From a virus: a DNA stretch of 64,000 bases. The notes under the pieces were generated by a model, which saw nothing but the letters and a program-made list of their open reading frames with translations, had not been told where the DNA came from and ran no database searches. Positions 36,047 to 46,214 of this stretch are shown here, in pieces. Both the position numbers and the translations under genes were made by a program. Positions within the stretch are counted from its first letter, which is position 1; each line of letters begins with the position of its first letter. Where the stretch lies: the IMG/VR virus record IMGVR_UViG_3300021560_000014, positions 1-64,000 of that record, one strand, 5' to 3'.

Positions 36047-38660
36047 ACAGATCGTAATCCCGCTGGTCACGACGGGTAGCACGCAGCAGATCAGGCAATG
36101 GGTCAAGGCGCTGGAGGACCTGCGCCGATCTGCCGAGGCGGCCACGAGATCGCTCAGCCGGGTCAGACCTCCTGGTGGCGGCGGAGGTGGTGGCGGTGGC
36201 GGCGGTGGTGGGGGCCGTGGCGGTCACCGGAACATCGTCAGCACTATTGTCGGCTCGGTTCTCGGCGAGGAAATCGGCGGGCTCGCTGGTGGTTTAGCGG
36301 GCGGCGTCCTGGGCCACATGGGCCTGGGAGGAGGGCTGCTCGCCGGGACTGCCATTGGCCTCGGCAAGGCGGTCGTTGACTTTGCCCAGAAGGCCATGGC
36401 CATGGCCCTCCCGCAGCAGCTGGCAATGGGCGACATCGCCATGCGCCTGGGCAACCTGAACCAGCTGCAAGGCGTCGCCTATGGGGCGACGGCGCGGCGC
36501 TTCGGCTATACCCCCATGGAAGCCACCCAGATGATGGGGGCTTATGGGGCGGTTGCAGGCCGCCGAGGCATGGGCCGCAACTTTGCGGGCTTCGATGAGG
36601 CGATGGCCAATGCCCGGCTGTTCGGCTTCCAGCCGGAGCAGGGAGGGCAGCTCTTTGGCCGCGCCGCCCGCGAGGTGGGCGGCAGCAGGCAGGAGCAACA
36701 GCAGTTCGCCGAGCTGCTCGCTGGAGCCATCGCCAAGGGCCGCATGCAGGGCATGGAGGGCGAGGCCCTCCAGGGGATTCTCACTGCCACGCAGCAGACC
36801 AGCGCGCGGCTCGGCCAGACTCAGGCCCAGGCGATGGGTACAGCTGGCAGGCTCGCCTTCCTGATGGGTGGCCTCAACGCCACCGGGATTCCCTCGTTGC
36901 AGGGTGCCGGAGCCACGCAGCTACTCCAGAATATGTCGGACATCGCGGGGGCCGGGCAGCCGTTCCAGCTGCCACCGCAGTTCGCTGCGGCGCTGTATCA
37001 GAGGTCGATGCTGCAGGCGGTGGCTGCGGGAAAGATGACCCTCCCGCAGGGTCAGGAAGCCATGCAGACCCGTGATTGGAACGATGACAGATGGATTCAG
37101 ATCGCTGTAGGGGCTGTAAAAGGGGCTTTGGCGCTGCCGACCCCGATGCTCCAGCGGGCGGCCCTGGTCACTATGGGACTCGCCCCAAATCAGGAGGAGG
37201 CCAAGAAGGTCATCTCGACGTTCGAGGCATCCACTGACAAGCAGCGCGAACAGATGTTCAGGGACAGAGCCGCGAAGGAGAAGGCCGCGCGGGACGCGGC
37301 TGACGCGGATAACGAGAAGCTGAGAACGATCAGGGCCAACTTCATTACGGCTATCAGTGACATCGGGACGGCACTGAACAACCTGCTCGCGCCGCTGGAA
37401 AAGTTCGGGGCCGAGCTGTTGAGCGCGGGCGGGCCGGGCAGCAAGAGCAAGAACGCGGGCGAAGTGCTGGGCCAGGCTGCTGAGGCACTGCTGGCAGGCG
37501 CTTGGGCGATGACCAAAGCCGCCGCCATGTGGATTCTCGGCGGTGGTGCGAAGCATTGGCTCGGGCGTGAGACCGAAGGCTTCATCGAGGGCTTCCTGGA
37601 GAAGCTCATGCCCAAGAAGGACGCCGAGAAGCTCGCCACCCTTGCCACCTCGGATTTCGCCAAAGCGGTGAAAGCCTTCGAGCTGCTGTTCACGCCCGCA
37701 AATGCAGCAGCCCCAGGTCCAGGGCTGTCACCTCCGCCTCCGGGAGGAGTCCTGTACACGCCGGGGACACCGCGCCCACTGCCGCCAGCTCCTACAGCTA
37801 CCTCGACGCCAGCAGGAGGCGGGGGCGTGGGAGCAGGAGGCCCTCCATCAACGCTGGGGCCAACGACAATCAGGTCAGGAGGCCCTCCATCAACGCTGGG
37901 GCCAACGACAATCAGGTCAGGAGATGGTGGAACCGCGCCCGACGACATTGATCCTTTCTCGCGCTGGGAGGGGCTGCGTTACACCCCGTACCTAGATCGG
38001 TCTGGCAAGGCCATGGACATCGGCTTCGGCCACACGATGACCCCTGAGGAGAAGAAGCTCTATGCCAAGGGTGCCTCCTACGAAACGATAATGTGGTGGC
38101 GCAAAAAGGACCAGCAAAAGGCGCGGGAAGAGGCGATCCGGCGCGTCGGGCGGCCCGCCTGGGACAAGCTGACGGTCGCGGAGCAGCTGGCCTTGACGGA
38201 TTACGTTTACCAGGGAGGTCATCTTACCGGCAAACTTGGCGGCGCGATAACAGCTGCCATCAAGGCGGGGGACATGGCGAAGGCCGGGGAGGGGATGGCT
38301 CACTTCAACGACACCTGGTCGAAGGTGAATCCCCAGATCCTTTCGCGGCGGTCGGGCCAGGGAGCCGAGTTCATGCTTCAGGCGTTCATCGACTCCCGGC
38401 GCGGTGCGGACGTAGCGCCGGGGTTCCGGGACAGGTCAGTAGAGCGGCAGACTAACCTCGCGGCTGCAATCCAGCACGAGCTGCAGTCAATGCCAGGGAG
38501 TCAGGTCGAGGGCTTCTCCGTAGGAGCAGCTGGCCCTACAGGGCGTGATATTAATGTGACCTTCAGGCAGAAGGGCGGCAAGGAGATCATGATACCGCTG
38601 TCAGCTGATGAGGAGGCCACCTTCCACTGGGGCACGGGACACCGGTTGGGGGCGCATTGA
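36033..38660 (+). CDS. Tape measure protein with C-terminal lysozyme-like domain
   Basis: Ala/Gly-rich helical 875 aa; WEGLRYTPYLD.SG...IGFGH resembles GH24 lysozymes. Confidence 0.85.
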   Translation: MANARQIVIPLVTTGSTQQIRQWVKALEDLRRSAEAATRSLSRVRPPGGGGGGGGGGGGGGRGGHRNIVSTIVGSVLGEEIGGLAGGLAGGVLGHMGLGGGLLAGTAIGLGKAVVDFAQKAMAMALPQQLAMGDIAMRLGNLNQLQGVAYGATARRFGYTPMEATQMMGAYGAVAGRRGMGRNFAGFDEAMANARLFGFQPEQGGQLFGRAAREVGGSRQEQQQFAELLAGAIAKGRMQGMEGEALQGILTATQQTSARLGQTQAQAMGTAGRLAFLMGGLNATGIPSLQGAGATQLLQNMSDIAGAGQPFQLPPQFAAALYQRSMLQAVAAGKMTLPQGQEAMQTRDWNDDRWIQIAVGAVKGALALPTPMLQRAALVTMGLAPNQEEAKKVISTFEASTDKQREQMFRDRAAKEKAARDAADADNEKLRTIRANFITAISDIGTALNNLLAPLEKFGAELLSAGGPGSKSKNAGEVLGQAAEALLAGAWAMTKAAAMWILGGGAKHWLGRETEGFIEGFLEKLMPKKDAEKLATLATSDFAKAVKAFELLFTPANAAAPGPGLSPPPPGGVLYTPGTPRPLPPAPTATSTPAGGGGVGAGGPPSTLGPTTIRSGGPPSTLGPTTIRSGDGGTAPDDIDPFSRWEGLRYTPYLDRSGKAMDIGFGHTMTPEEKKLYAKGASYETIMWWRKKDQQKAREEAIRRVGRPAWDKLTVAEQLALTDYVYQGGHLTGKLGGAITAAIKAGDMAKAGEGMAHFNDTWSKVNPQILSRRSGQGAEFMLQAFIDSRRGADVAPGFRDRSVERQTNLAAAIQHELQSMPGSQVEGFSVGAAGPTGRDINVTFRQKGGKEIMIPLSADEEATFHWGTGHRLGAH
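37834..37917 (+). repeat. Perfect 42-bp in-frame tandem duplication
   Basis: CAGGAGGCCCTCCATCAACGCTGGGGCCAACGACAATCAGGT x2 (GGPPSTLGPTTIRS). Confidence 0.95.
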
Positions 38661-40261
38661 TGGCGGTCTCTGTACTTCTGCGCAAGCCCAGGGTCGATGT
38701 GACCATCATCCAGCACGTGCGGCTGACCAATAACCCCGTGAGTTCTCCGATCTCCTCGGCTGTCCTCGCGCCCGCCATTATCAGCGTGACCACGAACCGG
38801 CAGATGGGTGATGCTGGGGGCTTCCAGATTGTGCTCAACCTCTCTCCGCCGCCGACCGGCTACCTTACACCCAACGGCGATAAGGCCCGCACCTGGAAGG
38901 ACGTGCTGCTGCCGATGGACGCGGTGCAGATCGTGGCCGAGGTCGATACTCCTAATGGCTTAGTGGGCGAGGTCATCATGCGGGGTTTCATCGACTACGT
39001 CGGCATGATGGCCAATTACAGTGGAGGCGGCCCCCAGCGGACCATCATCATCGCGGGCAGGGACTATCACAGAATCCTGCTGTCCCAGGTCTATTTCGCC
39101 TCAGGCGGACAACCCAATGGGATGGCGATTATGGACCGCTGGGACAAGGACTTCCTCCAGCTCCAGGCCCAGTTCGACAAAATTAATACCGAGCGCGGCC
39201 AGGGGGATGTGCAGGACAGGGACGGCATCACTGCCAAGAAGGTGATGACGATCCTTTACGACTTCTACGCGGCAATCTTCGATGAGCTGCCAAATTACTT
39301 CATCAATACCGACACTGATGGCTTCAACGTGGAGACCCCCAATCTCTACCTCGCCGCCATCGACGGCGACCCGCGCGATTCGGACCTCGAAACCTTCGAC
39401 CCGGCTATCAATCTGACAAACTCGGAGCCGTTCATCGGGCTTAAAGACATCTTCGAGGCGTATGGCCATGCGCCCTGGCGCGAGATGTTCTTCGACGACT
39501 ACATCGAGGGCGGCGACATCAACAGCTACTTCATCTGGCGTCCGACGCCGTGGCTCAATATAGACGGCGGCATTATCCAGTTCGACAGCGTGGACTCGCT
39601 GACCGGGCTGAAGACCTACAATGGCGGGCAAGCCTGGAGGATCACATCTGACCAGCTGATCGAGATGAGCGTCGGGGTTGATGATTCTCAGGTCATCAAC
39701 TTCATCGCCACCTATCCGGGCATCTTCACGAACCTCACCGATGCGGCCAAGGTCTTCGGACACCCGCTGGAGTCGCTGGCCTTCGGCGACAACACCAATC
39801 CGGCTGTGCGAGGGCTCAAGAACGCCTTCGAGACCAGCAGTTACAAGCTGTACACATGGAAGCCCTATGATTTCAGGACCGCGTACTTCGATCTGAACGG
39901 CGGCAATGATAACACCAAGCAGCCCGACGCGGTGAAGAAGATCGGGCTCAAGACGCAGGTGTGGAACCAGCGGCTGGTCGATGCCCTCGGCCATCAGGAG
40001 ATGCTGGACAGCGGCAGCTGCGTGATCCGGGGCAACCCGCTGATCCACATGGGACATTATGTCGGCATTCAGGAGCCCGGCACGCCGTGGCCCAGCGGGG
40101 TTCCGCTCTTCGTGCTCTACTACGTCGCGGGGGTCCAGCACGCCTTCAACTATCCCAGGGAAATATCCGGCTCCCAGGGCTCGTACACCACAACTCTCAG
40201 TCTGACACGCGGGCGCAGCCGTCTGCTGACCCGCATGCCGATAACTCTTACAGGACCATGA
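38657..40261 (+). CDS. Baseplate hub protein
   Basis: AG.F.I.L, PMD.V.I, MRGFID, I.GRD, PW.EMF.D, YYV.GV.H, TT..LTRG. Confidence 0.75.
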   Translation: MMAVSVLLRKPRVDVTIIQHVRLTNNPVSSPISSAVLAPAIISVTTNRQMGDAGGFQIVLNLSPPPTGYLTPNGDKARTWKDVLLPMDAVQIVAEVDTPNGLVGEVIMRGFIDYVGMMANYSGGGPQRTIIIAGRDYHRILLSQVYFASGGQPNGMAIMDRWDKDFLQLQAQFDKINTERGQGDVQDRDGITAKKVMTILYDFYAAIFDELPNYFINTDTDGFNVETPNLYLAAIDGDPRDSDLETFDPAINLTNSEPFIGLKDIFEAYGHAPWREMFFDDYIEGGDINSYFIWRPTPWLNIDGGIIQFDSVDSLTGLKTYNGGQAWRITSDQLIEMSVGVDDSQVINFIATYPGIFTNLTDAAKVFGHPLESLAFGDNTNPAVRGLKNAFETSSYKLYTWKPYDFRTAYFDLNGGNDNTKQPDAVKKIGLKTQVWNQRLVDALGHQEMLDSGSCVIRGNPLIHMGHYVGIQEPGTPWPSGVPLFVLYYVAGVQHAFNYPREISGSQGSYTTTLSLTRGRSRLLTRMPITLTGP

Positions 40262-41733
40262 ACCCACTATCGACGCGACAGATCGGCTACAAGCATAAGT
40301 ACCACCTGAGGACGGGCGGGACGATCAGGGTCGGCAAAGTAGTCGGCATGACGCCAGCTGCCCGGCTGATCGACGTGATCTTCCTTGAAGGCGGCCAGAT
40401 TCAGAACGTGGTGGTGCTGGGCCACTACCTCACGACCGATGCGGGCCTCACGATGATGCCGCCAGCTGCTTCGGTTGATAAAAAAGCACTGCCGCGCAAG
40501 ACCTTCGGGTCCCCGTGGGACAGCTCCCAGAACCCTGACGACCAGCAGAACGTCTATGACCCGCCCGTACTGGCGCAGGCCCGCGCGGATGCCCTCGCCA
40601 ACGGCACGGACATACCGCCGCACCGCGATGTCTACGCCGTCTGCGCGCCAATCGAAGGCGGCCAGAACCTCAGTGCGGGCTGGGTCTGCCTGGGCTTCAT
40701 CCATCCCAACTCCGAGGTCAACTTCGATGTAGGCAAGCCGCTGGCGAGCACATCACCTGGCGGTGGCGGCAGCGGCGGTCCACTCTCTCAGTTCGAGTTG
40801 GACATAACTGGGCGTGGAACTATGACACCGATCCAGTTTCAGACCCCCCAGGGGACTCTTCCAACGGCTGCTGCCACAGCAGCCCCGGCTGGGGCCACGC
40901 CCACTACTACTGGTGGGGCGGGTGAGGGAGGGTTCATCCTCTCGTTCGAGCAATGGGTGAAGGCGAATTCCATACTCTGGGCCTTGACTAATGGACTGCC
41001 AGCTTCCGATTGGCCGGAATTTACGTACCTTTTCCCTCGCAGTGACTTCGACAAGGCTTTTCCTGCTCAGCCAACAGGCGCTGGAGGGGGTGGCACCCCG
41101 GCCTTCAGCGGCTTCATCATCCTGCGCACGACCGGCGACGTGCAGTCCACCATCGACTACCTCGGCACGACCTCGATCCAGCACCCCAGTGGGGCGCGTA
41201 TCACCATGGGGGAGAACTATGCCACGCCCGGCTCCGGCCAGGACAGCGATGTCCGCCCAGTCGGTAATAGCCTGGACCTGACTGGCCAGGACCGCAATGG
41301 CAATTACAAACTCCGTTATAATACACAGCAGAAGCCGTCGATAGTGATCGAGGATTGCAACGGCAACCAGGTGCTGCTCGACGGGCCGAAGAACCAGATC
41401 GTCATCTCAACCGTGGCCGGAGCGACCATCACGCTCAACGGCGGCGGCACCATCGACATGACATCAGCTGGCGGCGCAGAGGTGCTCCTCAATGGCGGCG
41501 GCACGGTTGACGCGACCTCGGACGGCGGCGCGGAAATGCTCCTTGACGATAGCGCAACCCTGAGCGCAGGGAATTCAGACGGCTCGTCAATCGAGGTGAC
41601 CTCGGATGACATCCTCTTTAACACGCCGCAGTTCTCGACTTCGCTGAACCAGATCATCTCGATCTTTAACACGCATCAACACCCCGATCCGCAGGGAGGC
41701 GTAACCGGGCCGCCGACTACGCCGATCCCCTGA
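40258..41733 (+). CDS. Baseplate central spike (gpV/gp5-like)
   Basis: N-terminal OB-like region, HPSG, beta repeats, C-terminal HQH...TGPP apex motif. Confidence 0.75.
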   Translation: MNPLSTRQIGYKHKYHLRTGGTIRVGKVVGMTPAARLIDVIFLEGGQIQNVVVLGHYLTTDAGLTMMPPAASVDKKALPRKTFGSPWDSSQNPDDQQNVYDPPVLAQARADALANGTDIPPHRDVYAVCAPIEGGQNLSAGWVCLGFIHPNSEVNFDVGKPLASTSPGGGGSGGPLSQFELDITGRGTMTPIQFQTPQGTLPTAAATAAPAGATPTTTGGAGEGGFILSFEQWVKANSILWALTNGLPASDWPEFTYLFPRSDFDKAFPAQPTGAGGGGTPAFSGFIILRTTGDVQSTIDYLGTTSIQHPSGARITMGENYATPGSGQDSDVRPVGNSLDLTGQDRNGNYKLRYNTQQKPSIVIEDCNGNQVLLDGPKNQIVISTVAGATITLNGGGTIDMTSAGGAEVLLNGGGTVDATSDGGAEMLLDDSATLSAGNSDGSSIEVTSDDILFNTPQFSTSLNQIISIFNTHQHPDPQGGVTGPPTTPIP

Positions 41734-41780
41734 GGGTGGGCAGGAAACGGCACCGCAACGAAGGTGTGAGGAGGAGGTAG

Positions 41781-42476
41781 GTGGGAGCCTTAGCAACAAC
41801 GCTGGCCGGGATAGTACCGGACACCACGGCTGAGCAGCGGCCCATTATCTTTCTGCTGTTCAGCACTGCTTTGCCTGACTTTACCTTGCAGGGCGTGCTG
41901 GGCGCGCTCGCTACCTTTGCGCCCATGCTGGTGGTGTTCGAGTCGCAGGGCCGAGGCGTCATCCGGCCTCAGGAAATTTCATTCACCCGGCCTGCCAAGG
42001 GCACCGTCATCAACACCGCTGAGGGGGCTTTCCTCGACGACTTCGGCGAGGGCGTGGCCACGATTACGATGTCCGGGCACACCGGCTATGGCCAGGGCGG
42101 CGGCCTCCCGGCGCTCAAGCTCATCGAGCTGCTGATTATCGAGTATCACTCCCGCCGTCAGACGCTGCGCAACAGTGGAGCCGACCCCAATGCGATCCGG
42201 CTTTGGTTCCTGGACGCGCTCAACTATGAGGCGTTCAGCGTCTACCCCATGTCATTCACGGTCCAGCGCAGCAAGGAGCATCCGCTGTGGGTCTACTACC
42301 AACTGCAAATGGTTGGCCTGGACGACCTGTTGTCCGAGCTTGAGGGCTGGCTCGCCACCAAGATTGACGCGGGCCTTGGCGGTCTAATCGGTGGGGGAAA
42401 CAAGCTGCTGCCCGCTCTGGGCGGATTGGCCAAGACGCTGGGCTCGCTGGAGGTCTCCTTCGGCAACCTGCTTTGA
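41781..42476 (+). CDS. Putative tail tube initiator or baseplate protein
   Basis: RPQE......P, DDFGEG...I..SGHTG, P.SF..QRSK..P. Confidence 0.6.
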   Translation: MGALATTLAGIVPDTTAEQRPIIFLLFSTALPDFTLQGVLGALATFAPMLVVFESQGRGVIRPQEISFTRPAKGTVINTAEGAFLDDFGEGVATITMSGHTGYGQGGGLPALKLIELLIIEYHSRRQTLRNSGADPNAIRLWFLDALNYEAFSVYPMSFTVQRSKEHPLWVYYQLQMVGLDDLLSELEGWLATKIDAGLGGLIGGGNKLLPALGGLAKTLGSLEVSFGNLL

Positions 42477-42486
42477 GGAACAAGAG

Positions 42487-43164
42487 ATGAAACACTTTGC
42501 CTGCGGTGCCGTTTCCTGCCCACCCAGATGTTCAGTGAGCGCGGTGATTGTGCGCGCTAATGGCTACCGGGAGGACCTGGGCGAGATCGCCTTTTGGGAC
42601 CCCAGCCTGCTGAAGCGGCTGCAATGGCGCTGGCGTAAAGCCCGCTCGGGCGCGTTCTTCCTGGCGGCTGACCCGGTCGGCGGCCTCATTACCACGCTGG
42701 GTCCGCTCTTCCTGGCCGCGTTTCAGGTTACTGGGGGCCGCGCGGTCGTCACGGGCCGTCTGCTCGGCACGACGCAGCCGTCACCACAGTACATGAGCTG
42801 GGGGACTGGGCCAGGTACAACCGGGCAGGGTGATACCACGCTCTTTGCCGAGACCTACTCGACCTTCAACAACGGCACCGGCAACCAGCGCATCATTGGG
42901 GTCATGACGCAGCAGAACATCTCCACGCCCAATGACACTGAGCAGGTGGTGGCGACGATTGCAGCGGCACAGGCGCAAAACGGCGTGGCCGGGCAGCTCA
43001 ATGGCGCGATTGCCGAGGTCGGCCTGTTCGACAACATCGGCACCTCGACCGCGCTCAGCGCCGCGCCCTCGGGCGGCAATATGTACTTCAAGGCTGACTT
43101 CGCGGCGGAGGTCCTGGCGCTTAACGATTCGATCACCTTCACCTGCCAGGTGCAGTACACCTGA
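42487..43164 (+). CDS. Baseplate or tail-associated protein
   Basis: WGTG......DTTL..E, I.EVGLFD, DSITFT. Confidence 0.6.
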   Translation: MKHFACGAVSCPPRCSVSAVIVRANGYREDLGEIAFWDPSLLKRLQWRWRKARSGAFFLAADPVGGLITTLGPLFLAAFQVTGGRAVVTGRLLGTTQPSPQYMSWGTGPGTTGQGDTTLFAETYSTFNNGTGNQRIIGVMTQQNISTPNDTEQVVATIAAAQAQNGVAGQLNGAIAEVGLFDNIGTSTALSAAPSGGNMYFKADFAAEVLALNDSITFTCQVQYT

Positions 43165-45014
43165 TGGCCAACTTCAACGTAACCGTTACCGCGCAAAGCG
43201 GGTCCAGCGCCAGTGTCAGCACCCAGGTGCAGCAGGTGCTTGGGCTTGTCGTCCAGGCCACGTCCGGCTCGCTGGCTGCGCTGCAAATGTACGTCACGCG
43301 CGCCCCGGCGTACAAAATCACGCCGCCGCTGGTCGAAGCCTATCTGCGCGGCTCGAAGGTGCGAGGGCCGCAAATTGTCGCCCAGCTGCAAGCCATCCTC
43401 CAGCTGGTGGCCTCCTCGCCGGTCAATCTCGCGCCGGTCGTGGGGCCGGTCGTGCTGCTTGAGCAGGCGGTCTGCAAGGTCATGAAGACCGTGGCGGCCT
43501 ACATGATGAACGACCCCAATTATCCGCACCTGCCGCTCGCCATGCAGGACTCGATTGCGCAGGCGGCGGTCTCCTGGGCCGAGCTGTACGCGGTGACCGG
43601 CAATGTGGCCTTCTACGACAAGTTCCCCAACGTCAGCTCGCTGCTCACTACCTCGCCCTCGGCCCAGCTCTTCAGCGCCCAGGCGCGGGCCGTGGCCACG
43701 GCGGTCGATGTCAGGCTGGAGAGTTTCCTCAATGTCCCCATCCTGGCCGGGCTCACGGTGCAGACCTTCTGGTCAACCACGCAGGAGGCGGTGGAATCGC
43801 TCAGCCGCCTGCTGGTGATCGACTATGTCATCGGCAGTGACCCGACCATCTATTACGGTCCCAACGCCACGGTGCAGAACATCGTCGAGGACGCGCGGCG
43901 GGTGTTCCTGGGCATCGGGCCGCTGGTGCCGGACGTGCAGGCGGTGCTGACCCAGATCAGAGCGGCGGTGGCCTCTGGCTACGTCGATACTTCGGCCCTG
44001 ACCATCACCTCGCTGCGGATGCCGTCCAATGCCAGTCTGCAACAGCTGGCCGCGCAAATCTACGGCAACCCCGATCTCTTCAAGCAGCTGGCGGATTTCA
44101 ACGGGCTGGTCTATCCCTACGTCTCCGACGACCCGATTGCCAAGCTCGGGCCGCCCAAGCAGCTTGGCGTGCGGCTGGCGGCTGACGTGGTGCAGGGCAG
44201 CAGCAGGTTCGCCATCACCAACGTCTCCAACTTCGCCCAGGACGACCGCCTGCTGTTTCAGTACGATGGCCACATACAGGTGGTCACCATCACGGGCATA
44301 TGGGCGGTCGCGAGCCTGCCCTCGTGGGACGCCATCGGCGGCATCGACGAGCTGCCCGACATCGACACCGGGGCCGGGATTATCAACATCGGCAGCTTCG
44401 ACTGGAACACGGTGCCGCCGCAATACTACGACCGCGAGGCGCTGAACTTCACCATCCAGGTCTCGCCGCCGACCGACATCGCCTACGCTGCGGCTAACAC
44501 CGTGGTCACGCTCTATCCGTCCACTTATGACGGCGGCGTGGTGCTCGGGACCGGTGACACGCTGCTGGTGCCCAATGTGCTCGGGCAATCGACCGCGCTC
44601 ATCATCGACAACAATTACACCGATGCCCAGCGGCTGGGGACCGACGCGGCGACCGATCAGGACGGCAATCTGAACATCGCCAACGGCGACCTCGCCACCG
44701 TGACCGGCGTGCCGAACCTCAAGCAGGCGCTCATCAACCGCTTCAAGGTCGAGCGCGGCATGCTCATCCATCACCCGACCTATGGCACCGGCCTCAGGGG
44801 CTACCTCGGCAGGGTGATCGGGCCGGGGTCGGCCTTCCTGGTCACGGTCGATGCCACCCAGACTGCGCTGGCGGACCCGCGCGTTACCGGGCTCGCCCAA
44901 ATTCAATCGCTGCTGATCGCCGATGCGGTCAACATTGAATTCAACGTCGCCTTGGCCAATGGAGTGCTGGCCTTTCCGACCAACCTGGAGCTGACCGTGC
45001 CGACGGGCGGGTGA
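43164..45014 (+). CDS. Baseplate wedge protein (LysM-like plus gp25-like domains)
   Basis: LQQLA...YG......LA.FN.L.YP; GDLA.V.G..NL.QAL..R...E.G.L..HP.YG; DPRV. Confidence 0.75.
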   Translation: MANFNVTVTAQSGSSASVSTQVQQVLGLVVQATSGSLAALQMYVTRAPAYKITPPLVEAYLRGSKVRGPQIVAQLQAILQLVASSPVNLAPVVGPVVLLEQAVCKVMKTVAAYMMNDPNYPHLPLAMQDSIAQAAVSWAELYAVTGNVAFYDKFPNVSSLLTTSPSAQLFSAQARAVATAVDVRLESFLNVPILAGLTVQTFWSTTQEAVESLSRLLVIDYVIGSDPTIYYGPNATVQNIVEDARRVFLGIGPLVPDVQAVLTQIRAAVASGYVDTSALTITSLRMPSNASLQQLAAQIYGNPDLFKQLADFNGLVYPYVSDDPIAKLGPPKQLGVRLAADVVQGSSRFAITNVSNFAQDDRLLFQYDGHIQVVTITGIWAVASLPSWDAIGGIDELPDIDTGAGIINIGSFDWNTVPPQYYDREALNFTIQVSPPTDIAYAAANTVVTLYPSTYDGGVVLGTGDTLLVPNVLGQSTALIIDNNYTDAQRLGTDAATDQDGNLNIANGDLATVTGVPNLKQALINRFKVERGMLIHHPTYGTGLRGYLGRVIGPGSAFLVTVDATQTALADPRVTGLAQIQSLLIADAVNIEFNVALANGVLAFPTNLELTVPTGG

Positions 45015-45059
45015 TCACCTTCGTTGCGGCCCCGTTTCCTGCCCACACCAGAGAGGAAG

Positions 45060-46214
45060 ATGGCTTTTCAATTCAGGAGTTCGGCGACGATTACGGCGGA
45101 GATGATCGCGCGCATCACGGCGATGGCCCCGCAGATTACGGACTATACCGAGGGTGGTATTGTCCGCTCGCTGGCCGAGACCGTGGCCGATGAGTTGCAA
45201 CAGCTCGACGAGGCGGTTTATGCGGGCCTGCGCGAGGCGATCAACACGGCGGTCTACAAAGCCTTCAGCTTCAATCGCAAGCCTGCCTCCTATGCACTGG
45301 GGATCGAGCGCTTCGTGGCTATACCTGGCATCATCGTCCCGGTCACCATCCCGGTCGGTACTCCGGTGATGGTGCCTGGTTCGGCGATTCAGTACACGGT
45401 GACGCAGCAGGGCGTGATCAATCCCGCTCCGGCCCCGAATTTCATCGACCTGCCGATTATGGCCTCGGTGCCAGGGTCGATAGGCAACACTCCGGCCAAC
45501 ACCATCACGCTCCAGGGTGGAGTTTTCAATATCCAGCTGGTCAGCAATCTTCAACCAGTCGTCAGTGGCCAGGATCAGGAGTCCGATCAGCAGCGCTTCA
45601 ACCGTTTTCAGAATTATATTGCAGGATTGACTCAAGCCACGCTGCCCGCGATCCGGGCGCTGGCGCTGTCCACCTCACTGACTGACGCCAACGGCAACAT
45701 CTACGAGGGGGTGCAGAATGCGCTGGTGGAAGAGCCCTTCCTGGAGGGGCAAGCCTTCCTCGGCCATGTCCTGGTCTACATAGATAATGGGACTGGGAGT
45801 GCTTCACCGGCCCTGGTGGCGGCGGTGACTAACAACCTGGCGGGTTATACTGACTCGCAGGGCGTTGAACACCTGGGGTCGATTGGCGCGGGGGTTGATT
45901 TTCAGGTGCTGCCGGTGACGCCGATGCTGCTGTCCCTCACGGTCGGCATTATCCTGCTGCCTGGAGCCGACCCGGTCGGCACTCCGCAGCTGGTGCAGAC
46001 TGCGGTCATCAACTACCTCATGAGCCTGCGGGTGAACGACGAGGCTGTGCTGAACCAGATCGACGCGGTGGTGATCGGTGTCGGCGGGATTCTCGATGAT
46101 CAGCTGGCAACTCCGGATGGCATCGTGATGACCACGAACGTGATTCCGCCCAACGGTTACCGGATCACGCCGGGAGTCATCACTGTGGTCGTGGTGGGGA
46201 GCTTCGGGTCCTGA
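45060..46214 (+). CDS. Baseplate J-like protein
   Basis: ITDY.EG...RSL.E, G..GN, GQDQESD, V.VYIDNG.G. Confidence 0.88.
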   Translation: MAFQFRSSATITAEMIARITAMAPQITDYTEGGIVRSLAETVADELQQLDEAVYAGLREAINTAVYKAFSFNRKPASYALGIERFVAIPGIIVPVTIPVGTPVMVPGSAIQYTVTQQGVINPAPAPNFIDLPIMASVPGSIGNTPANTITLQGGVFNIQLVSNLQPVVSGQDQESDQQRFNRFQNYIAGLTQATLPAIRALALSTSLTDANGNIYEGVQNALVEEPFLEGQAFLGHVLVYIDNGTGSASPALVAAVTNNLAGYTDSQGVEHLGSIGAGVDFQVLPVTPMLLSLTVGIILLPGADPVGTPQLVQTAVINYLMSLRVNDEAVLNQIDAVVIGVGGILDDQLATPDGIVMTTNVIPPNGYRITPGVITVVVVGSFGS

